Origin: an uncultured Pseudomonadota bacterium
Lineage (GTDB): Bacteria > Oederibacteriota > Muellerivitia > Muellerivitales > Muellerivitaceae
NCBI GenBank assembly: GCA_963843375.1
Contig: CAWJKT010000006.1
Span: 224,001 to 288,000 of the forward strand
Length of the DNA: 64,000 nucleotides
Direction of reading: 5' to 3'
The translations under genes were made by a program, and so were the position numbers. Shown here piece after piece: positions 21,410 to 31,273 of this stretch. How positions within the stretch are numbered: position 1 is the stretch's first letter; each line of letters opens with the position of its first letter. The notes beneath the pieces are model-generated. The model was not told the DNA's origin and did not search any database. It was given only the letters and a program-made list of their open reading frames with translations.

Positions 21410-22465
21410 TCAGTCATGGGCAGCTCGATCAAGGCCGTTGTTCAAAATGGCCTTCTTTATTTTAGACAGGGGTAGTCCGGTGGCCTCATAGACCTGTTCC
21501 ATCGTCGCGGCGGCCACCCGCCGGGCCTTGCGGGCCCCTTGAATGAGGATATCTTCCACCTGATCCGGTTTTTCCTCCAGCTTTTTCCGCTTTTCACGAG
21601 CTTCCCCGCCGAAAAACTCCTCCAATTTGGCGATCAATAATTTTTTAGCGTCGCCATAGCCCATTCCCCCTTGCCGGAAACCCTTTTCCATTTGGGCGGT
21701 TTCCTCAGGCTTGGCCATCAGGCGGTACAAAAGATAAATGACATTTTGTTCCGGGTCCTTGGCTTCGTTCACCCCTTTGGAATCCGTCACGATCCCCATC
21801 ACCTTTTTCTTGATTTCCGAAGGCTCTCCAAAAATGGGAATCACGCTGGCCTCGTCGCTCTTACTCATCTTTCCGCCGGTTAAGCCCATGACTTTCGGGG
21901 CTTCGCTTAAGATTCCTTCGGGCAGTTTGAAAACATCCTTTTTAAAAGTGTGGTTGAAGTAACCCGCCATATCCCGGCACATTTCGATATGCTGGATTTG
22001 GTCCTGTCCCACGGGAACCTTGTCACTCTGGTAGATGAGGATGTCGGCCGCCATCAAGGCCGGGTAAAAAAACAGGCCCAGACTGGATGGAAATTCCCTT
22101 GGCCACTTTGTCTTTATAGGAATGGGCCCTCTCCATCAGCCCCATCCCCGTGACCGTGCTTAAGATCCAGGCCAACTCGGTGACCTCGGGCACATCGCTT
22201 TGGCGGAAAAGAAAGGCTTTCGCTGGGTCCAACCCCAGGGCCAGGTAATCGGCCGCGGCCATGAAAGGTGAATTGGCCCAGCTGGTCTGGCGTCTTGGAC
22301 GGTGTTGAGGGAATGGTAATTGGCGATGAAATAAAAGCATTCGCCCTCATCCTGCAGGCGGATATGGTTGCGGATGGCCCCGAAATAGTTGCCCAGGTGC
22401 AGCCGCCCGCTGGATTGGACGCCTGAAAGGTAACGGGTTTGTTTTTTGACTGGTTCTTGTGGCAA
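21410..22465 (-). CDS. trpS: Tryptophanyl-tRNA synthetase (frameshifted)
   Basis: [25 protein letters not shown]...[15 protein letters not shown]. Confidence 0.93.
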
Positions 22466-22479
22466 GAAATCCTCTGTTT

Positions 22480-23093
22480 TTAAAAAGATTGAATCCTTAT
22501 AAATTCGAAGCAAGAAGAAAACCGCGAAGAGAATGATATAGCCATAACGGTCCAATCGGGAAACTTGATAGGACCACTTGGGAGGCAGGATGGATTTAAT
22601 ATCCAGGAGCCATCCAATGGATAAATGGGAATCAAGTTAAACAGGGCCAGGGCGACGTTTATATAAATAAAAAATTGGAGCAAGGCTCCCCAGCGTCATG
22701 AACGTAGCCTCATCCCCGAAAGAGGAGAAGGTTCCCATCAAAACCAAAATACCAAAGAACAAAAGCGCCAAAAGCATATTCATGGCGGGCCCGGCTAATG
22801 CCACCAAGGCCCCATCCCGTCCGGGGTTTGTTCAAATTTTCAACGGTGACGGGAACAGGCTTGGCCCATCCAAACAAGAAAGGTCCGGGATATAAAAACA
22901 TCATGAGGGGGAAAAGAATCGTCCCGACCGGATCCACATGGGCCCGGGGATCAATTGTCATTCGCCCAAGCATTTTTGCGGTGGGATCGCCCAGCCGATA
23001 GGCGGCGTAGGCATGGCCAAACTCATGAAGGCACAAGGAGAAAACAAGGACTCCGAGTTTCATGACAGCATCCAGGATTCGAGCTTGATCCAT
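22480..23093 (-). CDS. Site-2 protease (M50) family protein (frameshifted)
   Basis: HEFGHAYAAYRLGDPT, FGWAKPVP, FNLIPIYPLDGS. Confidence 0.88.
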
Positions 23094-23231
23094 TTTCCAT
23101 CCAGTTTGAATAAGGGGTTATAAGCCGGACAACTTTAACGGATTAAACTACCGTAAAAAACAAAAAATTAAAGTTCTCAACCGATACCGGTTCAATCTCC
23201 CACCGGAACCATTCATGGCGGATTCCTGCCA

Positions 23232-24494
23232 TCAGGAAACAAAAGATTTTTTCACCCAGTCCAAAGCCGCCTTGCGGCTCTTGAACTTTTCATCCAGCTG
23301 CCCGTTCAGGGCTTCCAACAAGATGAAGGTATAACGGAAACCCGGCGGAATTCCCATGGCTTGAAGATCCCGGCCTCGAATCCAGGGAACGGATTTTTGG
23401 ATCTTCATGAAATAATGCTCCATTTTTTTGCGCAGTCCGTTCGAAGCGGCGGCCATGAGGAAACATTGAACCTCGGCTTTTAAGGGACAAAGGAGTTTGT
23501 ACATCCGGCTGACCGTCATTTCCTCTTTATCCAGCTGATGAAGAAAAGAGGGATAGGCTTTAATCGATTGGGAAACGATCTTTTGTTCGGATCGGGACAG
23601 GGTCAACCTTTTGATGAGGCCCGCCCCGCCTTTTTCGTCCGTCGTCTTCAACAGGGCCTGAAACCAAACCATCTTTTCGTCTTCCAATAGAATCTTATTC
23701 TTTTTAAAAAAAGCGATACTTCCTGAAATTTTAGGAAGCACTTTTTTCGCCGCTATCGAAACTCCCAGGGAAGGGTGGATGTGGGGTAAAACCCCCAGTT
23801 CATCCAGACGCCAAACCGCGCCTTCGGGATGAGCTTCCTGGAAAATCAGCCGCAATTCGTTACGGAGCCTTTCGCCCGAAACCCGCTGGATATAATCACC
23901 CTTCACCGCCTCCAAGAGCCACCGCTGGGTTCTTTCCTCGATCTTTTTTTTAAAGCGCTGTTCAAAACGCACGGCCCGGAAGATACGGGTGGGATCATCG
24001 ATGAAACTTTTCTCATGCAATGCCCGGATTCTTCCCTTCTTCAAATCTTCCAGCCCCTCAAAAGGATCCAGCAATTTCAGGAAATATCCCGGGGAAAGGC
24101 TCAAGGCCATGGAGTTGATGGTGAAATCCCGGCGGTAAAGATCCTGGATGATTCCCCCTTTTTTTACCGAGGGAAGGGCGCCTGGATGGTCGTAACTCTC
24201 GGTGCGGGCTGTAGCCACGTCCACTTTCCCAAATCCCGGAACAATCACGATGGAGGTGCCAAAACGGGTAAAAGCTTCCACTTCCGATCCGGTCATTTTG
24301 GCCAAATTTTCCGCGAACGTCACCCCATCCCCCTCGACGGTAATATCAATATCCACGCCCGGATGTTTCAAAACCAAGTCCCGAACGAATCCTCCAACCG
24401 CATAAGCGGCTTCACCCCGCTCATCCGCCAACTGGCCGATTTTTTTCAGGAGTCCGGCGGTTTTCGAAGGAACTTTGAATTTAACGTTTTTCAT
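23232..24494 (-). CDS. tRNA nucleotidyltransferase/poly(A) polymerase family protein
   Basis: VGGFVRDL, DIDI, DLYRRDFTINSMA, DDPTRIFRAVRF. Confidence 0.92.
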   Translation of the reverse strand: MKNVKFKVPSKTAGLLKKIGQLADERGEAAYAVGGFVRDLVLKHPGVDIDITVEGDGVTFAENLAKMTGSEVEAFTRFGTSIVIVPGFGKVDVATARTESYDHPGALPSVKKGGIIQDLYRRDFTINSMALSLSPGYFLKLLDPFEGLEDLKKGRIRALHEKSFIDDPTRIFRAVRFEQRFKKKIEERTQRWLLEAVKGDYIQRVSGERLRNELRLIFQEAHPEGAVWRLDELGVLPHIHPSLGVSIAAKKVLPKISGSIAFFKKNKILLEDEKMVWFQALLKTTDEKGGAGLIKRLTLSRSEQKIVSQSIKAYPSFLHQLDKEEMTVSRMYKLLCPLKAEVQCFLMAAASNGLRKKMEHYFMKIQKSVPWIRGRDLQAMGIPPGFRYTFILLEALNGQLDEKFKSRKAALDWVKKSFVS

Positions 24495-24572
24495 AAATAC
24501 CTTTCTGGAACATTAAAGTACTCCCCGGCCAAAAAAGCATTCTCAAAATGGGGGTTTTTCGCGGGCTCCAGC

Positions 24573-25550
24573 TTACCCTTTTTGGCTGTCCCATTCATTT
24601 CGCTTGGCCCGGAATAGACCTCGGAGGGTCTCTAATTCCGTTCCCGCCAGATGGGACAAGGCGACACGTTTAATTTGGATCCCCGTTTGATGCAGTTCCT
24701 TTAAATTCTTGGAACGCGCCAATTTCTCTTTCCAATAGCCAAAGGGGCCGCCTGGAGATTTTTGGGCCAGGGTTTCCATAACCGGACCAAAGGTCAACCT
24801 ATGTTCAGGGCAGATGCCATGGTTTTCCAGGGCCTTCAGGTGTTCTTCCGTCCCGTATCCTTTGTGACCCTCAAAACCATAGACCGGGTATTGTTGATGG
24901 AGCTGCCCCATGATCCTGTCCCGGGTGACTTTCGCGATAATCGAAGCCGCAGCGATGGTTGTGGACAAGGCGTCCCCATGGATCAAGGGCTCTTGGGTAA
25001 TGGAAGAAAGCCGCGGGAGGGGCATGGCATCTGTCAATAAATAATCCGGTTTTTGGCCCAAGGCCTCCACCGCTCGTTCCATGGCCAATTGGGCCGCTCG
25101 ATAGATATTCAACTCGTCAATTTCAGCAACGCTGGCCTGGCCCACCCCGACCCCGATGGCTGATTGTTGTATTCGAAAAAAAAGTTCCTCCCTTTTGGAG
25201 GCTGTCAACTTCTTGGAATCATCCACGCCGGTTAAAACAATGTTGGGGGGAAGAATAACCGCTGCCGCCACCACAGGCCCCGCCAAGGGCCCCCGGCCCG
25301 CTTCATCAACCCCGGCTATAAACCGGAAACCTTTTTTTTTAGCTATTTCCTCGTGTTTCCAAAGTTCTTTGAGCCTTTTAGTTTCCCGGGCGTCTTTGGC
25401 GGCCCTTTTCTCAAATTTCCCAAGAAGGTTCGCGGCTCCAGTCCGGTTGTCATCTTTTAATTGAGCCCTCAAAAACTCCAGAGCTTCCGCAGCCGACCCT
25501 TTTTTTAAGGCCAGGGCCTCAATTTCCGGGAGTGGTTGTAGGCTGGACAT
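24573..25550 (-). CDS. rnhB: Ribonuclease HII (start approximate)
   Basis: GVDEAGRGPLAGPVVAAAV, DSKKL, AAASIIAKVTRD. Confidence 0.95.
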   Translation of the reverse strand: MSSLQPLPEIEALALKKGSAAEALEFLRAQLKDDNRTGAANLLGKFEKRAAKDARETKRLKELWKHEEIAKKKGFRFIAGVDEAGRGPLAGPVVAAAVILPPNIVLTGVDDSKKLTASKREELFFRIQQSAIGVGVGQASVAEIDELNIYRAAQLAMERAVEALGQKPDYLLTDAMPLPRLSSITQEPLIHGDALSTTIAAASIIAKVTRDRIMGQLHQQYPVYGFEGHKGYGTEEHLKALENHGICPEHRLTFGPVMETLAQKSPGGPFGYWKEKLARSKNLKELHQTGIQIKRVALSHLAGTELETLRGLFRAKRNEWDSQKG

Positions 25551-27288
25551 TCGGTGAACCGCCTTTTTGCGAAATGGCCCCGGCTTGGGAGGCGGGGGTT
25601 GCACCAGTGCTTTGGACTGCCGTGGGAGTGGTGGAAACCGCAACCGGAGTGCTCGTTCCTGTGGCTAGTTTTGATCCCGTGGAGAGGATATCCGTCTTTG
25701 GTTCGGCGGCCAACATAGTTACGGCGGCCGCTTCCGACATGACCTTATCAAGTGAAACAAGGAAGGCCTTCAGCAGAACAGGATATTCTTTTTTCTCGCC
25801 TTTTTTCTCCTGAAGCAAGACCGTGACCGTCTTGAGCTCGGAGGAGGCGACATTCCCGATTTCCCACTCCAAATCGTCCCCTTTCATTTTCCAAGAACCG
25901 GTGACACTCGTGGCAATTTTCGAGGAACTCCCGCCACTTTGGGACGTTCCAGAGGCGGAAGGAGCTGATACTGAATTGGTGGAACCAGAGATCGGGGCGG
26001 CGGTTGATGGGGTCGAACTAACCTGGGAAATTGGCGTTGGGGTTCCCACAATCGCAGCCGCTTTGCCCGCGCTGGTGGGTACCGCGGTCCCGTTAGGGGT
26101 GGGAGAGGCTTGTGGCTGGTAAGCCTCAAATCCCTTGGGAATCGCCAGCTCATAGGTCATCAATGGAGATGCTTTCGGACTTTGGTTCATCAAAGTGTAA
26201 GTTACGGTCCAATAAGGGCTGGACTTGGATGGTTCTTTGGCCGTGCCTTTGAAGAGGAAAGAAAACTTGGTCATTTCCCCATTTGGCTGGAATTTCAGGA
26301 TCGTTCCGTTTGCCCCCACAATAAAACCTACATCCTTATAAAAAGAGATGTAATTCAGGGAAGGTTTTCCTTCCGGTTTTTGGTGTGAAATCCAGCGGGT
26401 GCCATCGTAATAAATCAAGGTCCCGTCCTGGCCGGTAGCCCAACCATCGTCGTCGCTTTTCATGTAAACCTGATACAAGTCGAAACCGGAGAAGGCGCTG
26501 GTAATTTTGCTCCAAGCGGTCCCGTTATAACGAAGAATGGTCCCATAAGCGCCCACGATCCAGGCCTGCACGTCGTTGATGACGGAAACGGAGTTAAGGC
26601 GTTCGGTCGAGGGACTGGCGGCATAAGTGGTCCATTTCTGACCGTCGTAGTGCAGAATCAGTCCCAGGTTTCCGACGGCCCAGCCGTTGTTTTGGTCAGC
26701 CATGCCAATGCTGTAAATATCGCTGGTGACTGTGGAAGCGGCCCCGGAGGCGGATGAAACCGCGCTGATGCTGCCCCAGGAAAGACCGTTATAAGTGAGA
26801 ATCGTGCCGTTAGAACCCACGACCCAAGCTACACGAGCCGGAGATATGGTGATGCCATAGAGTGTTTCCTCAGTTGGGGAATTGTCCTGGCTCCAGCTTC
26901 CGTTGAGGTAATGAAGAATCACCCCATGGGTTCCGACAATCCAACCTTCCGATTCATTGAGGAAGGCAACCGCCATCAGATTTTCATTTGGAGCCAGGCC
27001 CGTGGTCACTTTTTCCCAAGTATCCCCGTCATAATGAAGGACAATGCCATTATTGCCACAAGCCCAGCCCACCTTTTTGTTCAGGAGGAAAACCCCGTTC
27101 AAGGGATCCGTCAGGGTGAAAGTCACAGGAAAGGATGTCCAATAAACCACATCCGAATCAGTGGTGAGGGAGGTATCCGCCTCGGAAGCCTTGGTTGGAG
27201 TAAGGGGGGTCACCGCGCCGCTGCCGGTGCAACCGGCCTCGAAACAAGCGGATAACAGGAGGACCAGGAGAATAGACATTATTTTCAT
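25519..27288 (-). CDS. Lipoprotein with YCF48/WD40-like beta-propeller and Ser/Thr/Pro-rich linker
   Basis: Lipobox LLSAC; repeats 'GWAVG..G.ILHYDG..W'. Confidence 0.8.
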   Translation of the reverse strand: MKIMSILLVLLLSACFEAGCTGSGAVTPLTPTKASEADTSLTTDSDVVYWTSFPVTFTLTDPLNGVFLLNKKVGWACGNNGIVLHYDGDTWEKVTTGLAPNENLMAVAFLNESEGWIVGTHGVILHYLNGSWSQDNSPTEETLYGITISPARVAWVVGSNGTILTYNGLSWGSISAVSSASGAASTVTSDIYSIGMADQNNGWAVGNLGLILHYDGQKWTTYAASPSTERLNSVSVINDVQAWIVGAYGTILRYNGTAWSKITSAFSGFDLYQVYMKSDDDGWATGQDGTLIYYDGTRWISHQKPEGKPSLNYISFYKDVGFIVGANGTILKFQPNGEMTKFSFLFKGTAKEPSKSSPYWTVTYTLMNQSPKASPLMTYELAIPKGFEAYQPQASPTPNGTAVPTSAGKAAAIVGTPTPISQVSSTPSTAAPISGSTNSVSAPSASGTSQSGGSSSKIATSVTGSWKMKGDDLEWEIGNVASSELKTVTVLLQEKKGEKKEYPVLLKAFLVSLDKVMSEAAAVTMLAAEPKTDILSTGSKLATGTSTPVAVSTTPTAVQSTGATPASQAGAISQKGGSPNVQPTTTPGN

Positions 27289-27340
27289 GCCCGTATCCTA
27301 CCTATGAAATGAAGGTGGTGCAAGGTAGGGGTCGGGAAAT

Positions 27341-27371
27341 AAAAAAACCGCTCCGGTTTAGAGGAGCGGTT
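27341..27371 (-). terminator. Rho-independent terminator after rplS
   Basis: AACCGCTCC/GGAGCGGTT stem followed by a T-run on the minus strand. Confidence 0.8.
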
Positions 27372-27398
27372 AATGAAGATGCTTTTGGAACTGGATAA

Positions 27399-27869
27399 TT
27401 AAGCTTTTTCCGTCTTGGGCTCGGAAGCGGTCGCGGTAGGAGCCTCCACCGGAGCCGGAGCAGGTTCAACGTTCGTGGCGGAAACCGTCTCGGCAACGCC
27501 TTCGCTGGGAACCTGGACGGCTTTTTTGCTTTCCTGAATCCTCGCGTCCTTCTTGTTGAGCTTGGCCCGCAAGTAAAAGAGTTTCGCGCGTCGGACTTTA
27601 CCGGAACGGACGCTTTTAACTTCTTTGATCATGGGTGATTGGTAATAGAAAGACTTTTCCACGCCAACCCCGTAAGAAATTTTACGGACGGTGAACTTCA
27701 TTTTGCCGCCGGCGCCTTGAATCCCGGTGACGACACCTTCGTAAATCTGGATACGTTCTTTTTCACCTTCTCGGATTCTCACGGAGACTTTCACCGTATC
27801 GCCCACCTTGAAGGGGACGTTTTTACGGATGATTTGGCTTTCTTCTATTTTTCGAATCGTCGCGTTCAT
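27399..27869 (-). CDS. rplS: 50S ribosomal protein L19
   Basis: FKVGDTVKV...EGEKERIQIYEG...GKVRRAKLFYLR. Confidence 0.97.
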   Translation of the reverse strand: MNATIRKIEESQIIRKNVPFKVGDTVKVSVRIREGEKERIQIYEGVVTGIQGAGGKMKFTVRKISYGVGVEKSFYYQSPMIKEVKSVRSGKVRRAKLFYLRAKLNKKDARIQESKKAVQVPSEGVAETVSATNVEPAPAPVEAPTATASEPKTEKA

Positions 27870-27916
27870 GACTTAACAACTCCTTCTCTCTTCAAAATCT
27901 CTTGAGGCCTGATTGG

Positions 27917-28667
27917 TTATTCACCCGCCTCAAGTTCTTCTTGGGCTTCCATTAAAAGCTTTTGTTCTTCCTCGGTTAAACGAACCCGGGCTAAAAGGTC
28001 GGGTCTTTTTGCCAAGGTATTCTTGAGGGATTCCTTTTTTCTCCAGCGCTCAATTCGGGCGTGATTGCCCGATAAAAGAACCTCCGGCACTCCCATTCCC
28101 TTAAAGAAGCGGGGACGAGTATAGTGCGGATAATCCAATAATCCATTAAAAAAGCTGTCCTTTTCCACCGATTCCCTTTGTCCCACAACACCCGGTAGGA
28201 ATCGCACCAACGCATCCACTATCACGGCGGCAGCCGGTTCCCCACCCGTCATCACGAAATCCCCCAGGCTCACTTCCCCATCAATGGATTTCATGGCCCT
28301 TTCGTCCAGGCCCTCGTAATGCCCGCAAACGAGCAGAAGATTCTTTTCCCGGGAAAGCTCCATGACCATCGCATGGTCTAACCTTTTTCCCTGGGGCGAC
28401 ATCAAAAGGGTCTTCACTTTTTTACGGCCTTTTTTAATGGCCGCCAAGGCCTTGGCCAGCGGTTCGGGCTTCATCACCATTCCGGCGCCCCCGCCATAAG
28501 GGGACATCATCCGCGGTATGATGTTTGTCCGTCGTGAATTTTCTCAAATCGTGTAGACGAATATCGACCGCTTTTTTGGCCAGCGCCCGTTTCATCATGC
28601 TCACGGTGAAAGGCCCCTGAAAGTAATCGGGAAAAAGCGTTAGGATGTCAATCCGCGGTGTCCGCAT
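27917..28667 (-). CDS. trmD: tRNA (guanine-N1)-methyltransferase (frameshifted)
   Basis: IDILTLFPD; PYGGGAGMVMK, CGHYEGLDER, SLGDFVMTGGE. Confidence 0.95.
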
Positions 28668-29190
28668 CGATCTCTTCCGGCAGGTCAACCACCATCCTCC
28701 GGCCTTTCAAATCCACTTCCCGGATAACGGATTTCAAGGCAGGAATAAGGATTTCTTTTTCTCCATTCCGCACCACGCAAACACCGTTGGCCAGGTTCTC
28801 CATAATTTCAGCGATTTGGCCCAGAGTTTCACCGGTAGTATTCACCACCGCCAAACCCACCAGGTCATCCAAATAATAATGATCCGGCCGGCAAGTCCGG
28901 CTTTTCTTCCGATAAAATCGCCAACTGGGCGCCTCGCAAGGTTTCCGCTTCCTCGATGCCCACCACTTCCTTTAATCGAACCACCGCGTCCCCATCCGGA
29001 TGCTGGAAAGACCGAATGATCGTCACCTTTTTTAATTCTTTCCCATCCTTCACGAGCCTCAAGGTTTTACAGGAAACCAATCGATCTAGTCCCGAACAGG
29101 ACAAGGAAACCTTCACCTCACCCTTCAACCCATGAGACCTCACGATGGTCCCAAGGACAATAAAGTCGTCCGATGGATTTTCGGAGGTTT
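28648..29190 (-). CDS. rimM: 16S rRNA processing protein RimM (frameshifted; start approximate)
   Basis: HGLKGEVKV; DLVGLAVV...EILIPALKSVIREVDL; synteny. Confidence 0.9.
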
Positions 29191-29202
29191 GAACCTTCGG
29201 TG

Positions 29203-29433
29203 TTACTCAACGACTTCGAGGGAATACTTCAATCCGTTTTTGGCGCAAGAGGCCGAAACGAGTGTGCGAAGGGCCTTGATCGTGCGCCCTTGCTTTCCGA
29301 TGATTTTGCCGTAATCTTCCTTGGAAACGCGAAGTTCCAGGACTGTCAAATTGCCTTCCAGTCTCTGTTGGATCGCGACATTCTCGGGCTTATCTACCAG
29401 CGACTTGGCCACATACTCAATGAGTTCTTTCAT
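29203..29433 (-). CDS. khpA: KH-domain RNA-binding protein
   Basis: MKELIEYVAKSLVD...GKIIGKQGRTIKALRT; between rpsP and rimM. Confidence 0.93.
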   Translation of the reverse strand: MKELIEYVAKSLVDKPENVAIQQRLEGNLTVLELRVSKEDYGKIIGKQGRTIKALRTLVSASCAKNGLKYSLEVVE

Positions 29434-29518
29434 ACTGCCCTTCTTTCAAATCAATGATTCGTCTTCGGCCAGCCGTTTTGGGTACCAGGTACCAACCACG
29501 GCCCGGGGGATAGGGTAA

Positions 29519-29770
29519 TCAGACTTTGACGCCGGCTTTTTTCATGATTCCTTGAACGGTATCGGAAGGAATGGCGCCTTTTTTCACCCACTCGACGAAT
29601 GATTCTTTTTTTAAGTTCAAAACTTGGCTTTCTTCTTTGGCCCGGGGATTGTAGGTTCCCAGATCTTCAACCCGGCGTCCCTTACCCGACATCGTGGAAT
29701 CCAAAACCACAATCCGGTAACAGGCTTTTTTGTTGCTTCCCATGCGCTTCAAACGAATCTTAACGGACAC
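29519..29770 (-). CDS. rpsP: 30S ribosomal protein S16 (GTG start)
   Basis: VKIRLKRMG...YRIVV...GTYNP; GGAGG RBS. Confidence 0.96.
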   Translation of the reverse strand: MSVKIRLKRMGSNKKACYRIVVLDSTMSGKGRRVEDLGTYNPRAKEESQVLNLKKESFVEWVKKGAIPSDTVQGIMKKAGVKV

Positions 29771-30279
29771 AATTCCTCCTAAGGCAAACTTCAAAATTAT
29801 TTTGATTTGGTTAACAGCGGGCTTGAATGAGGCCCAGCCTTTTTTTCCCAAAGGGATAAAGGGAAGGAGGATTTTAAAAATCCATCCTGGCTTTGTCAAG
29901 GAAATAGCCCCAAAACCCCAGAAAACCCATGATCTGCTGGTTGAATAATTTGTTTTGTCGGCGATCTTGAGAATTTGTAGACCAACTTATCCGCCATTCG
30001 GGTTTATAGGCTGAACCAACGCTAAATACGTGCCGCTGGCAACGTTGGAAGTGTTCTAGGAGATCTCGTTGGGTCCGGCAGCGCTGTTTCTGACGTGGAT
30101 CAACTCGTCCGCCACCCTGTATATCGTTGCCTCTAATTTGGAGGGCCATGGGTAAGTTGGCATGAAAAATTGTCGTCAAAGGGTCTTTGGAAGATATATT
30201 CGGCCAAGTCGTCAACGATCCAATTCTAATATCGTTGAGGTCCTCCACGGTGCTTTCCCAGCCGTGGACAAACATTTTT

Positions 30280-30813
30280 TTATTTAACTATTGAGTAACA
30301 ATAAACATCTCGGGGTTCGTTGCTGATGTTGGGATGAATAATCCGCCGGCGCAAAATTCCCTCCCGTTTCATCCCGACCTTTTCCATCACCCTGGCCGAT
30401 CCGGGATTATCGATATCGCAAATCGACCAAATCCTGAAAATACCGCTTTGAGCGAGGCCCCAATCGACGAAAGCCTTGAGCGCTTCCGTCATATAACCCT
30501 TTCTCCAATAGGTCTTGGCAAGGACGTACCCAACGTCCGCCATATACCCGTCGAGCCTGATTTCGAACATACCGAGCAATTGGCCGTCAGGTTTCCGGTC
30601 GATCACATAGGTAAACTTGGTGTTGTTTTCTGGAATTTTCAAAAGACTCTCAAGAAAATTCCTGGTCTCTTCAATATTTTTGTGAGGGTGCCAGGTCAAA
30701 TATTTCACGACTTCCGGGTCTTGGGCATAGCCAAGGAAGATCTTATCTGCATCTTCCATCTTTGGGGGCCGCAAGCGAAGACGGGTGGTTTCAATAATTT
30801 CAGGTGGCTTCAT
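30280..30813 (-). CDS. GNAT (RimJ/RimL-type) acetyltransferase
   Basis: IETTRLRLRP, GYVLAKTYWRKGYMTEA, NPGSARVMEKVGM. Confidence 0.92.
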   Translation of the reverse strand: MKPPEIIETTRLRLRPPKMEDADKIFLGYAQDPEVVKYLTWHPHKNIEETRNFLESLLKIPENNTKFTYVIDRKPDGQLLGMFEIRLDGYMADVGYVLAKTYWRKGYMTEALKAFVDWGLAQSGIFRIWSICDIDNPGSARVMEKVGMKREGILRRRIIHPNISNEPRDVYCYSIVK

Positions 30814-30896
30814 ATGGCACTTTCCACAAAATCAACATAGGGTCCCCGGTTATTTAAGGTTGTCCACGACGGATCCCCGTAGTGAACAAGTACGGT

Positions 30897-31061
30897 TTAA
30901 GGTTTATAGACGAGTGTGGCTTTGATGTACATGGCGATGGCGCCGACAATCCAGCCCGCGAAAAATATAGCGACGGGCTTAGTTTGTTCCATACCACCCT
31001 TGAGCCAAAATAGGCCGAGAACGATGGCCACCGCGATCCCCCAACTAACGAATGGATTTAT
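30897..31061 (-). CDS. Small 54-aa two-TM membrane protein missed by the ORF track (ATA at the start position)
   Basis: AGGAGG RBS, then ATA-AAT-CCA...: (M)NPFVSWGIAVAIVLGLFWLKGGMEQTKPVAIFFAGWIVGAIAMYIKATLVYKP*. Confidence 0.6.
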   Translation of the reverse strand: MNPFVSWGIAVAIVLGLFWLKGGMEQTKPVAIFFAGWIVGAIAMYIKATLVYKP

Positions 31062-31220
31062 GATGTACCCTCCTAAAAAATTGTTTTTTTATCGTCCAAT
31101 CCGGGTCCCAATCGTGGACAACCTTTTAAAGACAATCAAACCTCTTTCCGGGACAAAGGAACCATTCCGGCCCATTGCCCAACCTTTCGCTTTTAAAAAG
31201 GAAATGAAAACCGTTTCAAG

Positions 31221-31252
31221 AAAAAAAGCCCGGGCTTTGAGGCCCAGGCTTT
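31221..31252 (-). terminator. Rho-independent terminator after the 811-aa lipoprotein
   Basis: AAAGCCTGGGCC/GCCCGGGCTTTTTTT on the minus strand. Confidence 0.75.
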
Positions 31253-31273
31253 CGAAATCCCGTTAATTATTAA

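Noticed and set aside
29874..30275. 133-aa minus-strand ORF at the array's left edge
   Set aside because: Starts within the degenerate site, no recognisable motif; possibly a decayed cassette but unsupported.
30916..31266. 116-aa plus-strand ORF
   Set aside because: Crosses a repeat site and a terminator; the antisense 54-aa ORF with an RBS is the better call.
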